A stretch of DNA of 56,051 nucleotides from a virus (lineage: Duplodnaviria; Caudoviricetes). Where the stretch lies: positions 1 through 56,051 of IMG/VR virus record IMGVR_UViG_3300025000_000126. One strand, written 5' to 3'. The translations under genes were made by a program, and so were the position numbers. The notes under the pieces are model-generated. The model was not told the origin of the DNA, ran no database searches, and was given only the letters and a program-made list of their open reading frames with translations. Shown here piece by piece: positions 26,039-34,893 of this stretch (position 1 is the first letter of the stretch; the number at the start of each line of letters is the position of its first letter).

Positions 26039-26363
26039 ATGGTGGAGAAATGTGTTGAATAATAAAATTACATGGAAGCAGTTAGAAGATCCTAGAGTCT
26101 TTGAGGTTCCTAAAGCGGAACAAAGTGAAGCTTTTATTCCTGGTGGTAGTACCCCCTCACAGTATGCACTACCAGAGGGTGCTAAGGAGCTTCAAGATCT
26201 TATAGAGTATCGTAACTTTAACTTTGCACTTGGTAATATCTTTAAGGCTTGTTATAGGTTAGGCCACTGTAAACACTCTGATAGGAGAAGGGATCTTCGC
26301 AAGATTATCTGGTTTGCTAACAGGGAACTGAATAGGTTAGAGAATGAAAATACCGTTGGCTAA
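25971..26363 (+). CDS. DUF3310-like phage protein
   Basis: QY...ELQDLIE...FALGNIFKACYRLG...DLRKIIWF; the true start is probably further downstream. Confidence 0.7.
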   Translation: MIKEYLTSTCLQQRRKRSVTSPKWWRNVLNNKITWKQLEDPRVFEVPKAEQSEAFIPGGSTPSQYALPEGAKELQDLIEYRNFNFALGNIFKACYRLGHCKHSDRRRDLRKIIWFANRELNRLENENTVG

Positions 26364-26739
26364 AGATATGTTAGCAGTCAGTAAGAAAGCTAATGAGGAA
26401 ATTCTTAAAAATAGGTGTAAGATGAGAGAGCTAGAACTTCAGAAAATTAATGATATGGTATCTTCCGAAGCTTCTAAAATAGTAGAAATTATTTCTAATA
26501 AACTAACTGAAGATGTAAATAAAAAATCGAAGAAAGGCTATACTGAAGTTGTATATAGCTTTCCTTGGGCACATAAGTACACTTTGCATAATAAAATAGT
26601 TGAAGATTTTCTTCAAGATTTAAGAAAATCTGGCTATAAAACTAAAGTGTCTGTTTATGATAATGATTTAGGAAAAATAGATATTGATTATTGGGGGTGT
26701 ATAGATCATATTAGAGATGTTTTTATAATGTGGGAATAA
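26344..26739 (+). CDS. Hypothetical protein
   Basis: 131-aa AT-rich ORF. Confidence 0.7.
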   Translation: MKIPLAKDMLAVSKKANEEILKNRCKMRELELQKINDMVSSEASKIVEIISNKLTEDVNKKSKKGYTEVVYSFPWAHKYTLHNKIVEDFLQDLRKSGYKTKVSVYDNDLGKIDIDYWGCIDHIRDVFIMWE

Positions 26740-26936
26740 AAATGGGGCAGAAGAAGGAAGAGTTCCTAAAGAAGCTTGAAGAGTTCTGTGAGGCTGAAGG
26801 GTTCTACTTCCAATGTTCTAATGTAGACTACCCTCTTATTATATTTCATAAGAAGTTTAAAGTAGAAGGAGAACATTATAGTTTCTATGATCTCTCTAAA
26901 AGTGATGAGTTCGATTTAATAATAAGGAAACCATGA
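26730..26936 (+). CDS. Hypothetical protein
   Basis: Overlaps the RNR start (ATGA). Confidence 0.65.
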   Translation: MGIKMGQKKEEFLKKLEEFCEAEGFYFQCSNVDYPLIIFHKKFKVEGEHYSFYDLSKSDEFDLIIRKP

Positions 26937-29662
26937 ACGATTATATGCGCTACATCCATCTTTCTAAGTATGCCAGATATAGTGATACTCAAGGACGGAG
27001 GGAGACTTGGCCAGAGACTGTGAGAAGGTATTGTACCTTTCTTGAAGAGAGGGTCTCACAGGTTGCTGGGTTAGATGACTACCTCCTTAATGATCTCTGC
27101 AAGGTAGAGGATGCTATACTGAACCTCCGGGTCATGCCATCTATGAGGGCTATGATGACTGCAGGGAGAGCATTAAGGAGGGATCATCTAGCTGCTTACA
27201 ACTGTGCTGCTATTGCAGTTAATAATCCTAGAGTATTTGATGAAGTATTCTTTATCCTAATGAATGGAGGTGGTGTAGGGTTCTCTGTAGAGAGGCAGTT
27301 CATCAATCAGTTACCTGAAGTTGCTGAGCATCTCTATGATTCTGAAACCACTGTTGTAGTACATGACAGTAAGGGCGGATGGAGCAAGGCACTTAAGGAA
27401 CTTATAGCCCTACTGTATAATGGAGATATACCTAAGTGGGATATGAGTTCTGTAAGACCTGCAGGGGAGCGCTTGAAGACCTTTGGGGGTAGGGCTTGCC
27501 TCACTGGAGATACTATCCTATACAAAGATAGGAAAAAAACTAGAGGGTACAACGAAATAACTATAAAGCAGCTCTTTGATATGGAGAGGAGTCAGGGTTT
27601 TTGGGAGAACAAAGCAAACCATTTTAAGGATGTTAAACTTAGATCTCTAGATGAAAAATCTGGGATGTTTTTTAGGAACAAAGTGATTTCTGTGGTGGAT
27701 AACGGGACTGCTCCTGTATATGAAGTTCTTACAGAAAACGGATATCGAATTAAGGCTACAGGAAATCATCGTTTTATGAATGAGTCTGGTGAGTATGAGT
27801 ATCTTGACAACTTCTCAGTAGGAGATTTAATAGCTGTTAATGGTTCTGTTGAGAAAAAGACTGGTGTGTGTATAGACTGCGGCTGCCCTACCTCTAGACG
27901 ATCGCTTAGGTGTAAATCTTGTTTTGATCTTAAACAGATACGACACGACGCTCTTGGCACAACAGCAAGGCAGAGGAAAGAGAAGCTGGATTATGTCTCT
28001 GACACTTGTGAACGGTGCGGTGCAACAGGTAGAATAGAAGTACACCATATTGACGAGAACCCTCACAACAATAACCATCAAAATTTAGAATGTCTTTGCC
28101 CAAAATGTCATCAGAATCATCATGCTCGTGTAAGAACTTTTGGAGATCCTTACTCGCATAAGTATCTATCGTATGATACAATCATCTCAATTGAGTATGC
28201 TGGAGAAGAGCAGGTGTATGACCTCCAGATGGGGGGTCCAAACCACAACTTTGTGGCTAACGGATTTGTGTCTCACAATTCAGGTCCTGAACCTTTAGAT
28301 CTGCTGTTCAGGAAGACAGTAGCACTCTTTAAGAAAGCTGCAGGAAGAAAGCTGAACTCCCTAGAATGTCATGACCTTCTCTGTCAGATAGCAGATACAG
28401 TTATAGTAGGTGGAGTCAGAAGGTCTGCTATGATCTCCTTATCAAATCTCACAGATGATCGTATGAGACGTGCTAAGACCGGAGAGTTTGGCCTTACAGA
28501 TCCTCAAAGATATCTTGCTAACAACTCTGTAATGTATACAGAGAAGCCTGACCTTGACTCTTTCCTTGGAGAATTTAGAAGTATGTACAAGAGTCGGGCA
28601 GGTGAGAGAGGGATGGTAAACCAAAAGGCTCTGAAGGAGAAGGCTGTAAGTTGTGGTAGAGATCCTGAACAATATTACTTACTTAACCCGTGCGGGGAGG
28701 CAATCCTTCGCAGCACTGGAGGGCTGTGTAATCTCTCTAGTGTAGTCATTAGACCAGAAGATACCTTAGTTTCTTTGAAAGAGAAAGTAAGGCTTGCAGC
28801 TATTGTAGGAACTATACAGGCTACCCTTACTGACTTCAAGTATCTTAGAAAGATTTGGAAGGATAATGCAGAGGAAGAGAGGTTGCTTGGTATCTCACTT
28901 ACCGGGATCATGGATCATCCAGTTATGAGTAGCCTAGATTCAGGTAAACTTACAGATAGTTGTATAGAGTCTTTTGATGCTGAATCGAAACTGTTTGGAA
29001 AGTTTTCTCTTAAAGCTGTTCTTAATGAGTTAAGAACCACTGCTATAGAAGTAAACAATAAATGGGCAGACCTTTTAGGAATCAATAGATCCAAGCAGCT
29101 TACCCTAATAAAACCTGAAGGTACAGTATCTCAATTAGTAAACTGTAGTTCTGGTATCCACCCAAGATACTCTAAGTACTATATCAGGAAGGTGACTCAA
29201 GACAATAAAGATCCACTGACAAAGATGATGATAGATCAAAACATTCCTCATCAAGTAAAAGGAGACAAGACTTACTTTAGTTTCCCTATAGAAGCTCCAG
29301 ATACTGCAGTCCTACAGAAAGACATTAGCCCCATAGAGCAGCTAGAACTCTGGAAGATCTATCAGGAATATTGGTGCGATGGTAATCCTAGTCAGACTAT
29401 CTACTATACTGATGAGAACTTTCCAGAGGTTCAAGCATGGGTATGGAAGCATTGGGACTATATAGGGGGCTTAAGCTTCTTCCCTGTAGATGATAATGTC
29501 TATGAGATTAATCCTTACAATCCATGTACTAAGGAGGAATATCAAGAGGCTGTAAGTAATTTTCCAGTTATAGATTGGAGTATGCTTACAGCGTATGAGT
29601 CTTCTGATATGACTACAGGATCTCAGGAACTTAACTGTGCTGGAGGGGCTTGTGAGTTATGA
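26933..29662 (+). CDS. nrdJ: Class II (B12-dependent) ribonucleotide reductase with intein
   Basis: RRETW, MPSMR, AYNC, GGVRRSA, NPCGE, CNL and IKPEGT motifs, and C-terminal CAGGAC. No beta-subunit gene is present. Confidence 0.93.
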   Translation: MNDYMRYIHLSKYARYSDTQGRRETWPETVRRYCTFLEERVSQVAGLDDYLLNDLCKVEDAILNLRVMPSMRAMMTAGRALRRDHLAAYNCAAIAVNNPRVFDEVFFILMNGGGVGFSVERQFINQLPEVAEHLYDSETTVVVHDSKGGWSKALKELIALLYNGDIPKWDMSSVRPAGERLKTFGGRACLTGDTILYKDRKKTRGYNEITIKQLFDMERSQGFWENKANHFKDVKLRSLDEKSGMFFRNKVISVVDNGTAPVYEVLTENGYRIKATGNHRFMNESGEYEYLDNFSVGDLIAVNGSVEKKTGVCIDCGCPTSRRSLRCKSCFDLKQIRHDALGTTARQRKEKLDYVSDTCERCGATGRIEVHHIDENPHNNNHQNLECLCPKCHQNHHARVRTFGDPYSHKYLSYDTIISIEYAGEEQVYDLQMGGPNHNFVANGFVSHNSGPEPLDLLFRKTVALFKKAAGRKLNSLECHDLLCQIADTVIVGGVRRSAMISLSNLTDDRMRRAKTGEFGLTDPQRYLANNSVMYTEKPDLDSFLGEFRSMYKSRAGERGMVNQKALKEKAVSCGRDPEQYYLLNPCGEAILRSTGGLCNLSSVVIRPEDTLVSLKEKVRLAAIVGTIQATLTDFKYLRKIWKDNAEEERLLGISLTGIMDHPVMSSLDSGKLTDSCIESFDAESKLFGKFSLKAVLNELRTTAIEVNNKWADLLGINRSKQLTLIKPEGTVSQLVNCSSGIHPRYSKYYIRKVTQDNKDPLTKMMIDQNIPHQVKGDKTYFSFPIEAPDTAVLQKDISPIEQLELWKIYQEYWCDGNPSQTIYYTDENFPEVQAWVWKHWDYIGGLSFFPVDDNVYEINPYNPCTKEEYQEAVSNFPVIDWSMLTAYESSDMTTGSQELNCAGGACEL
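27497..28279 (+). mobile_element. Intein with HNH endonuclease in the RNR (261 aa)
   Basis: FGGRA|CLTGDT start, ATGNHRF block B, HHIDENPHNNNHQNLECLCPKCH, VYDLQM block F, and VSHN|SGPEPL end. Confidence 0.95.
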
Positions 29663-30030
29663 CAGACATCCTTTTAGTCCTTGGAGTATCTTCAATCTAT
29701 TTACTACTTCTATACATAGTTTTAACTCTTGGGTTGAATAAAGAAATGAATTTTATTTCTAAATTTCTACAGAAAAGAAAAGAAAGAATTGATAAAGAAA
29801 ATCAAGAGTATTGGGAAGCTCATAAATTATCTAAAAGTTTAGCAGAAAAGGAACTCCACAAACTACAGGACAGAATGCTAAGAAAACTTTGTGCTATAAA
29901 TAAAGCACCATACTGTAGTAAGGATTGTATTCATTACTACAGTGGTAGTATACTTGATTTTTCATCCCCAGATGAAATGTATCCAGTCCATAAAGTTTTT
30001 CCACCTTCTTGTAAACTATGGAAGAGTTGA
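29659..30030 (+). CDS. Membrane-anchored hypothetical protein
   Basis: N-terminal hydrophobic helix and Cys-containing C-terminus. Confidence 0.7.
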   Translation: MTDILLVLGVSSIYLLLLYIVLTLGLNKEMNFISKFLQKRKERIDKENQEYWEAHKLSKSLAEKELHKLQDRMLRKLCAINKAPYCSKDCIHYYSGSILDFSSPDEMYPVHKVFPPSCKLWKS

Positions 30031-30033
30031 AAG

Positions 30034-30549
30034 ATGATCACAAAGATAACTGAAGGACTCTTCGTAGGTGCTCAGTATGATTACGAGAACATGGACCCTA
30101 GAGGATGGTATATAGTTCATGCCTGTAAGGAACCGTACCATCGAGAACTATTAGGGTACAAGACAGCTTCAGCCCCTAAAGACAGTAAAGAATACTTATG
30201 GGCTAGAAGAGATGATGTACTCTACATGAACCTTGTAGACCCTAGAGAAGCTAAGTGGATACCACCAACACTGATAGAGAAATCTCTAAGCTTCATACAA
30301 GAAGCTATGGATAAAGGTAAGCCTACTTTAGTCCACTGCAATCTTGGTAACTCTAGAGCGCCTTCTATCTGTCTGATGTACCTAATAAGAAACAATCAGT
30401 ACTCCAGTCTTAAAGAAGCAGTAGATACTTTTAAGAAGATATATAAATACTATAGACCCTCTGAAGGGTTTAAGGAGTTCATTAAGAAATTCTATGAGGA
30501 AGAGGAAGATAATCGTAGATCCAGAGTGGGTCTGCCTGGAGTGCGGTAG
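30034..30549 (+). CDS. Dual-specificity protein phosphatase
   Basis: Active-site LVHCNLGNSRA (HCx5R), plus KITEGLFVG and RPSEGF. Confidence 0.9.
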   Translation: MITKITEGLFVGAQYDYENMDPRGWYIVHACKEPYHRELLGYKTASAPKDSKEYLWARRDDVLYMNLVDPREAKWIPPTLIEKSLSFIQEAMDKGKPTLVHCNLGNSRAPSICLMYLIRNNQYSSLKEAVDTFKKIYKYYRPSEGFKEFIKKFYEEEEDNRRSRVGLPGVR

Positions 30550-30724
30550 GAGGTACGGAAGGAAACCTGTAGGGATAGCTACATGGCATGAAGATATGTG
30601 TGATATTTGTGGGGAGATAACATCAGTAACAGAACCTAGAGACTTTGGTTATCTTGATGATTCTTATCTGGGTGTGGAGTATCTTGTAGTCAAGAGGAAG
30701 AAAGTGAGGGAGGAACTTTATTGA
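30494..30724 (+). CDS. Zinc-finger hypothetical protein
   Basis: CLECG...CDICG...TEPRDFG. Confidence 0.75.
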   Translation: MRKRKIIVDPEWVCLECGRRYGRKPVGIATWHEDMCDICGEITSVTEPRDFGYLDDSYLGVEYLVVKRKKVREELY

Positions 30725-30802
30725 TATGGGATGGCCTGATGCTTTCTGTATAGTTGGTGTAGTAGTAGCTCTTGTATATTTGTTAACAAAGCTTTAAAAA
30801 CA

Positions 30803-30852
30803 AGAAAGGGCTATAGATTCCGAGAGGTTTCTATAGCCCTTTTTTATTTATT
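30803..30852. terminator. Bidirectional rho-independent terminator where the two genome arms converge
   Basis: AAAGGGCTATAGA-loop-TCTATAGCCCTTTTTT with A- and T-tracts on the two sides. Confidence 0.85.
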
Positions 30853-31335
30853 TTCTAAATACCTTATAGCATTATGCAAGAGATTTATATCATCCTTTAA
30901 AAACCCTATACCACAGTTACAACTACTACACAACAAGCCTCTCACAATTCCTGTAGTATGGTCATGATCTATACAATAATTTTTATTAGAGTCTGGATTA
31001 ACTAAACTACATCCACAGATTGAACAACAACCCCCTTGCTCATCCATTAGATCCCTAATAAACTCCTCACTAACTTTATATTTATTGTGTACTTTAGCTC
31101 TATCAGTGTAGATGAAAGCTTCTTTATACTTCTCCCTATGCCGCTTAGCGTACTCCTTACTCTTCTCTGGGTTATAAACGTATACTCTATTCTTTTGCCT
31201 TTTAGCGTTTATCTTAGCTCTGTTATTCTTTTGATACATTGATGCGCGAGCCTTAACACAATCCTTACAACTGTTTCTCTTATTATAGAAGTCTTCTATG
31301 TCTTTCTCTTCTCCGCAACTTTTACATATTTTCAT
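30844..31335 (-). CDS. Endonuclease VII-like (His-Me) homing endonuclease
   Basis: N-terminal CKSC/CKDC, QGGCCSIC and IDHDHTTGIVRGLLCSSCNCGIG. Confidence 0.9.
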   Translation of the reverse strand: MKICKSCGEEKDIEDFYNKRNSCKDCVKARASMYQKNNRAKINAKRQKNRVYVYNPEKSKEYAKRHREKYKEAFIYTDRAKVHNKYKVSEEFIRDLMDEQGGCCSICGCSLVNPDSNKNYCIDHDHTTGIVRGLLCSSCNCGIGFLKDDINLLHNAIRYLENK

Positions 31336-31337
31336 TT

Positions 31338-31417
31338 ACTATCTCCCAGATAGTCCCATATAAAACCCTAGAGAAGAGTCGGGTAACTCTTGTCGGATGG
31401 CCATCCTATCTCTAGGG
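31338..31417 (-). promoter_or_regulatory. Structured leader of the endonuclease gene with an RBS-sequestering hairpin
   Basis: ACTATCT-GGG-AGATAGT hairpin covers the GGAG RBS 2 nt before the ATG, with a branched stem upstream (CCCTAGAGA...TCTCTAGGG). Confidence 0.65.
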
Positions 31418-31444
31418 CCATTTGTCGTTTAAGCTACAGAGATA

Positions 31445-32227
31445 TTAATAACCCCATAGTTGGATCAAGAACTTCCCGGCTGAATAGGTTCCAGCAGTAG
31501 CTACACCAGAAGTCAGATAGAGATAATGATTAGCTGCTGGGATACCAGTCAATACTTTCTCAAGTCCGATAGTCCAGTTACCACCAGCAGTTACGAGAGC
31601 AGTCTCTGTAAGGTCAGTAACCAACCCATCATAAGCACCAGTAGCTTCAACAGCAGAGTAGAGGTCAATATCTACAGCACCCCCTGCAGGTACTTCAAGG
31701 CAAGTCATCTTACCCATGAGGATAGTGCCGTGCATAGCTGCAGTGATCTGCCCAATGTAAGATACACCAGAGACACCAATGATATCAAGATCTGTAGCCA
31801 CTGATTTAGCATCTGTAAGGTCAAGGAGAATCTCAGTCTTCCTCATACCACCAGTCCTTCTAACACCCATCCTAACAATAGTACCTGCACCCTGGAAGCC
31901 AGCAGCAGCAGCAGTAGCCTGAAGGGTATAGTCACACTGCTGATTTACATACTCAAGCGTAGCTGAAAGAAGGGTATCATCTGCATCCTTAAGCTGAAAG
32001 TACTGAATGACACTATTAGTTGGAGCTACCCAGTCAGAGTTGGCATCGAGCACTACAGCTTTACTAGGCGCTCCAAGACCAAGGGTAGTGATATCAAGGT
32101 AGTTCAACTCAGCAGCAGTAGCTGTAGTTGTAACTCCTGCACTTCCATATACCTCTGTAAAGTTATCATTGATCATATCACGTGCATCATCAGAAATACT
32201 TACAGAGGTCACAGTTTGTTTAGCCAT
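31445..32227 (-). CDS. Probable virion structural protein (fibre/decoration-like)
   Basis: TATAAELNYLD motif, Ala/Gly/Thr-rich, strong RBS, in the late arm. Confidence 0.6.
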   Translation of the reverse strand: MAKQTVTSVSISDDARDMINDNFTEVYGSAGVTTTATAAELNYLDITTLGLGAPSKAVVLDANSDWVAPTNSVIQYFQLKDADDTLLSATLEYVNQQCDYTLQATAAAAGFQGAGTIVRMGVRRTGGMRKTEILLDLTDAKSVATDLDIIGVSGVSYIGQITAAMHGTILMGKMTCLEVPAGGAVDIDLYSAVEATGAYDGLVTDLTETALVTAGGNWTIGLEKVLTGIPAANHYLYLTSGVATAGTYSAGKFLIQLWGY

Positions 32228-32334
32228 ACTTTTACTTCTCCTTTACTTTGTAGTTGCTGTTCGAGACCCTAATGTCTCTGATTGGTAGTGGATGTCAAAC
32301 TCTTTAACTAAGACATCCCCTGTCAAAATCTATT

Positions 32335-32823
32335 TTAGTCTGAGTCTTGTGCTCCATAAAGGAGATTAGCAGCTATCCTATTCATCCACCCTTTACTGAA
32401 CTTATCCCAAGTTCTCAAGCCTATGAGATACTTAATCCTAGCTGAGAGGATAAGCATAATGGCATCAGACTCACTGAGCTGATTCATCTTAGTTATAGTT
32501 TGGAGTCCAATAATACCATCCTCTTTAAGACCAAGTGCATCCTGAATATGCATGATAGCATTCTTAACTCCAGAGTTTACAGCAAAGTCAAACAACTGGA
32601 AGGCTATCCCATCAGGAAGTCTATCAAACTTCAATGGCCTCAAGAAGTCACGTAGATATATCTCTACTGCATCTTCAATAGTTAGTGATGCAATATCTAG
32701 GTTAGGATAAGAACGCTTACTGATACCCCATTTAGTCTCTCCACCAGGGTCATTAGGGTCATTAACATATCCACCTTCATGACCAAGTATCCTAATCAAC
32801 CACTTCTGTACGTTTCTGTTCAT
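32335..32823 (-). CDS. Endolysin, glycosyl hydrolase family 108
   Basis: HEGGYVNDPNDPGGETKWGIS, FDFAVNSG, DGIIG and FSKGWMNR motifs. Confidence 0.95.
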   Translation of the reverse strand: MNRNVQKWLIRILGHEGGYVNDPNDPGGETKWGISKRSYPNLDIASLTIEDAVEIYLRDFLRPLKFDRLPDGIAFQLFDFAVNSGVKNAIMHIQDALGLKEDGIIGLQTITKMNQLSESDAIMLILSARIKYLIGLRTWDKFSKGWMNRIAANLLYGAQDSD

Positions 32824-33227
32824 GGTGCTCTCAATACAGGTTTCTCTTTAGAAGGATAGAGACTATCAGCACCCCTCCACTTAACTCCTAGATACCACCA
32901 GTTGGCTCTAAGAGTACACATCCCATCTTCTATAAGTATTCTTCTAAGAAGTTTATCAGCATACGCTTTCCACTCTATACCTATATGACCGTTACGAATT
33001 AAGTAGTACAAAGCATCATGTACAAAAGCACCCCTTATAGAATTCTTTGTATCAAAGGTAGGACCACTAGCGCCATCAGTTGCATAACCATTCTTAAGCT
33101 TTAGAGTGCCATCTCTAGTAAGTTGTATATAGGCTGTATTAATGTCATAACCTAATGTATCAATCTTAACGGTATAGCTTTTAGCTAACTGGTATTTAAA
33201 ACCATCTCGATATTCTATGTACTCCAT
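32820..33227 (-). CDS. DUF1353-like protein
   Basis: GYATDGASGP, GAFVHDALY, AD..L and WYLGV motifs. Confidence 0.8.
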   Translation of the reverse strand: MEYIEYRDGFKYQLAKSYTVKIDTLGYDINTAYIQLTRDGTLKLKNGYATDGASGPTFDTKNSIRGAFVHDALYYLIRNGHIGIEWKAYADKLLRRILIEDGMCTLRANWWYLGVKWRGADSLYPSKEKPVLRAP

Positions 33228-33228
33228 A

Positions 33229-33891
33229 TTAGTACCTTACAGTCACACTTGCAATATGAACATTACGAGGACCAAGGACTACAGCCTTGCCATTACTATC
33301 TGAAACAGGTTTCCAGAGGGTACCATCTGGCCATTCTTTCCTAGTAGCGCCGTTAGGTACAACTACCTTATGTCCATTAGAGAACTCAAGAGTAATATTA
33401 GAACCATAAGATGATCCACTCTTAGACAGCCTGAAGTGGTCTCTGTTCCCATTAGCCCATGCAGAAGTCTTTGAGGTCTCTACGTTCTTACCAGACCCTG
33501 AAGTAGTAGTTGCACTACCAGTAGTAGCTGTATATACAGTTCCATCTAATGCAGTAATGACAATCTTAAGTGGACGAGCATAGGCACTTCCTTCCTTAGT
33601 AAACCTAAAGACTGGTATACCCTTGTATGGTACATCTATAAAAGCTTGTTCACCATTAAGGGTGAGTGACTTAACTTTAGATAACCAACTAGCAGGGAGA
33701 AGTATTACAGCCTTGCCAGCATACTGTCCAGTAGCTACATCACTAGAAGCTTCAAATGTAATCTGATCAGGAAACACTTTAGTTCCTGCAGGAATCTCTG
33801 GAGTAGTAGGAGTTGAAGATAACTTCTTACACTCTGTTACAGTAGCTACCCCTGTAGCATCATCGAGTTTTATCTGTATTGACCATTGCAT
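33229..33891 (-). CDS. Hypothetical two-domain beta-rich protein
   Basis: Two related halves (FRFTKEGSAY / FRLSKSGSSY) joined by a Thr/Ser linker. Confidence 0.7.
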   Translation of the reverse strand: MQWSIQIKLDDATGVATVTECKKLSSTPTTPEIPAGTKVFPDQITFEASSDVATGQYAGKAVILLPASWLSKVKSLTLNGEQAFIDVPYKGIPVFRFTKEGSAYARPLKIVITALDGTVYTATTGSATTTSGSGKNVETSKTSAWANGNRDHFRLSKSGSSYGSNITLEFSNGHKVVVPNGATRKEWPDGTLWKPVSDSNGKAVVLGPRNVHIASVTVRY

Positions 33892-34160
33892 TATTCTACC
33901 TCTACGATATCACCACCTTCAATGGTCTCAGTGATCTGATCAATAATACTAGTAGTCTTACCGGAGATGACAGACTTTGCAGCTTCTAACAGGGGTGTAA
34001 GATCTGCTTGAGCTGCCTGTCCAGTGTCGGTAGTGTTACTAGCACCTGAAGCATCTACTGTAGTATCTCTACCACTATAGAAGGTGATCTCAGTATTACG
34101 ATAATTAGTTGTGCAAGAACTCAGTAAGAGTACTGCAAGGACTAAGAGAATCTTTTTCAT
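33891..34160 (-). CDS. Lipoprotein (possible spanin-like or accessory lysis protein)
   Basis: MKKILLVLAVLLLSSC lipobox; start at ATG 34160; near the endolysin. Confidence 0.7.
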   Translation of the reverse strand: MKKILLVLAVLLLSSCTTNYRNTEITFYSGRDTTVDASGASNTTDTGQAAQADLTPLLEAAKSVISGKTTSIIDQITETIEGGDIVEVE

Positions 34161-34164
34161 ATTA

Positions 34165-34506
34165 TCACCAGTTAATAATGAACCGTATAATTTTAGGTTT
34201 AGGACCCCAATCATTTACTACATATGCTTCAGAGTGTGGAGACTCTTCTCCATTCTGAAATACTGCAGTCATAGTAAATGGTGTGGATCTTTTAGAAAGG
34301 ACTACTCCACAAGAAGCAGTTCTAGCTTCTGTCCCTGGAAGGTCACATGCAACAATACCTTCCTGATAAAGCTTGAACCCTATAAGGACAAGGTCTGTAG
34401 GGGGTTCGTATCCCCATTCAACTGTAATGTCTCTATTCCATCCAGGTGCAGCCATCGCCGCTACAGGACACAGGCACAGCAGCAGTGTGATCAATAATTT
34501 CTTCAT
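34165..34506 (-). CDS. Secreted FN3-like small protein
   Basis: Signal peptide MKKLLITLLLCLCPVAAMA; W...GFKLY...FTMTAV...ESPHS pattern; GGAG RBS. Confidence 0.65.
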   Translation of the reverse strand: MKKLLITLLLCLCPVAAMAAPGWNRDITVEWGYEPPTDLVLIGFKLYQEGIVACDLPGTEARTASCGVVLSKRSTPFTMTAVFQNGEESPHSEAYVVNDWGPKPKIIRFIINW

Positions 34507-34609
34507 ATGTCTCTCCAATATGCCAAAGGTTGCAGCAATCCATAGTTCAGGGCGTAGTAGATCAGCGCCCACATTGCCAGGGTTGTCAGGGCTGAGATGA
34601 TGATAGTCT

Positions 34610-34879
34610 TCACACGACCCCCAAATACCGATCAATAGCGGCAATCTCCGCAGCAGTCCGCTCCGAGCCGTAGATCATCATCCCTCGCGGGCCGACGCGG
34701 GTATAGTTGCTGCCAGCGAACGTGCTCAGGTCAACCTCCGCGCCTCCGGTCCACTCGGCAATCTCCTGAAACTCCGGGCCGAGGGGGGCCTTGATCGTGA
34801 TACCCGGGTAGGTGGTGCCTGCTGTGATGGTGGCTGAGACGTTGAGGGGGCCGGGTGTGATTATTGGTGATCGTATCAT
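34610..34879 (-). CDS. Hypothetical protein (tail-associated)
   Basis: GAGGAGG RBS; in the GC-rich segment. Confidence 0.7.
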   Translation of the reverse strand: MIRSPIITPGPLNVSATITAGTTYPGITIKAPLGPEFQEIAEWTGGAEVDLSTFAGSNYTRVGPRGMMIYGSERTAAEIAAIDRYLGVV

Positions 34880-34893
34880 ATTGTCCTCCTCTA

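Noticed and set aside
30494-30724. Further KVKRRL member (…YLVVKRKK…)
   Set aside because: It is a zinc-finger protein lacking the N-terminal and central anchors, the motif is not terminal, and it lies far from the family zone.
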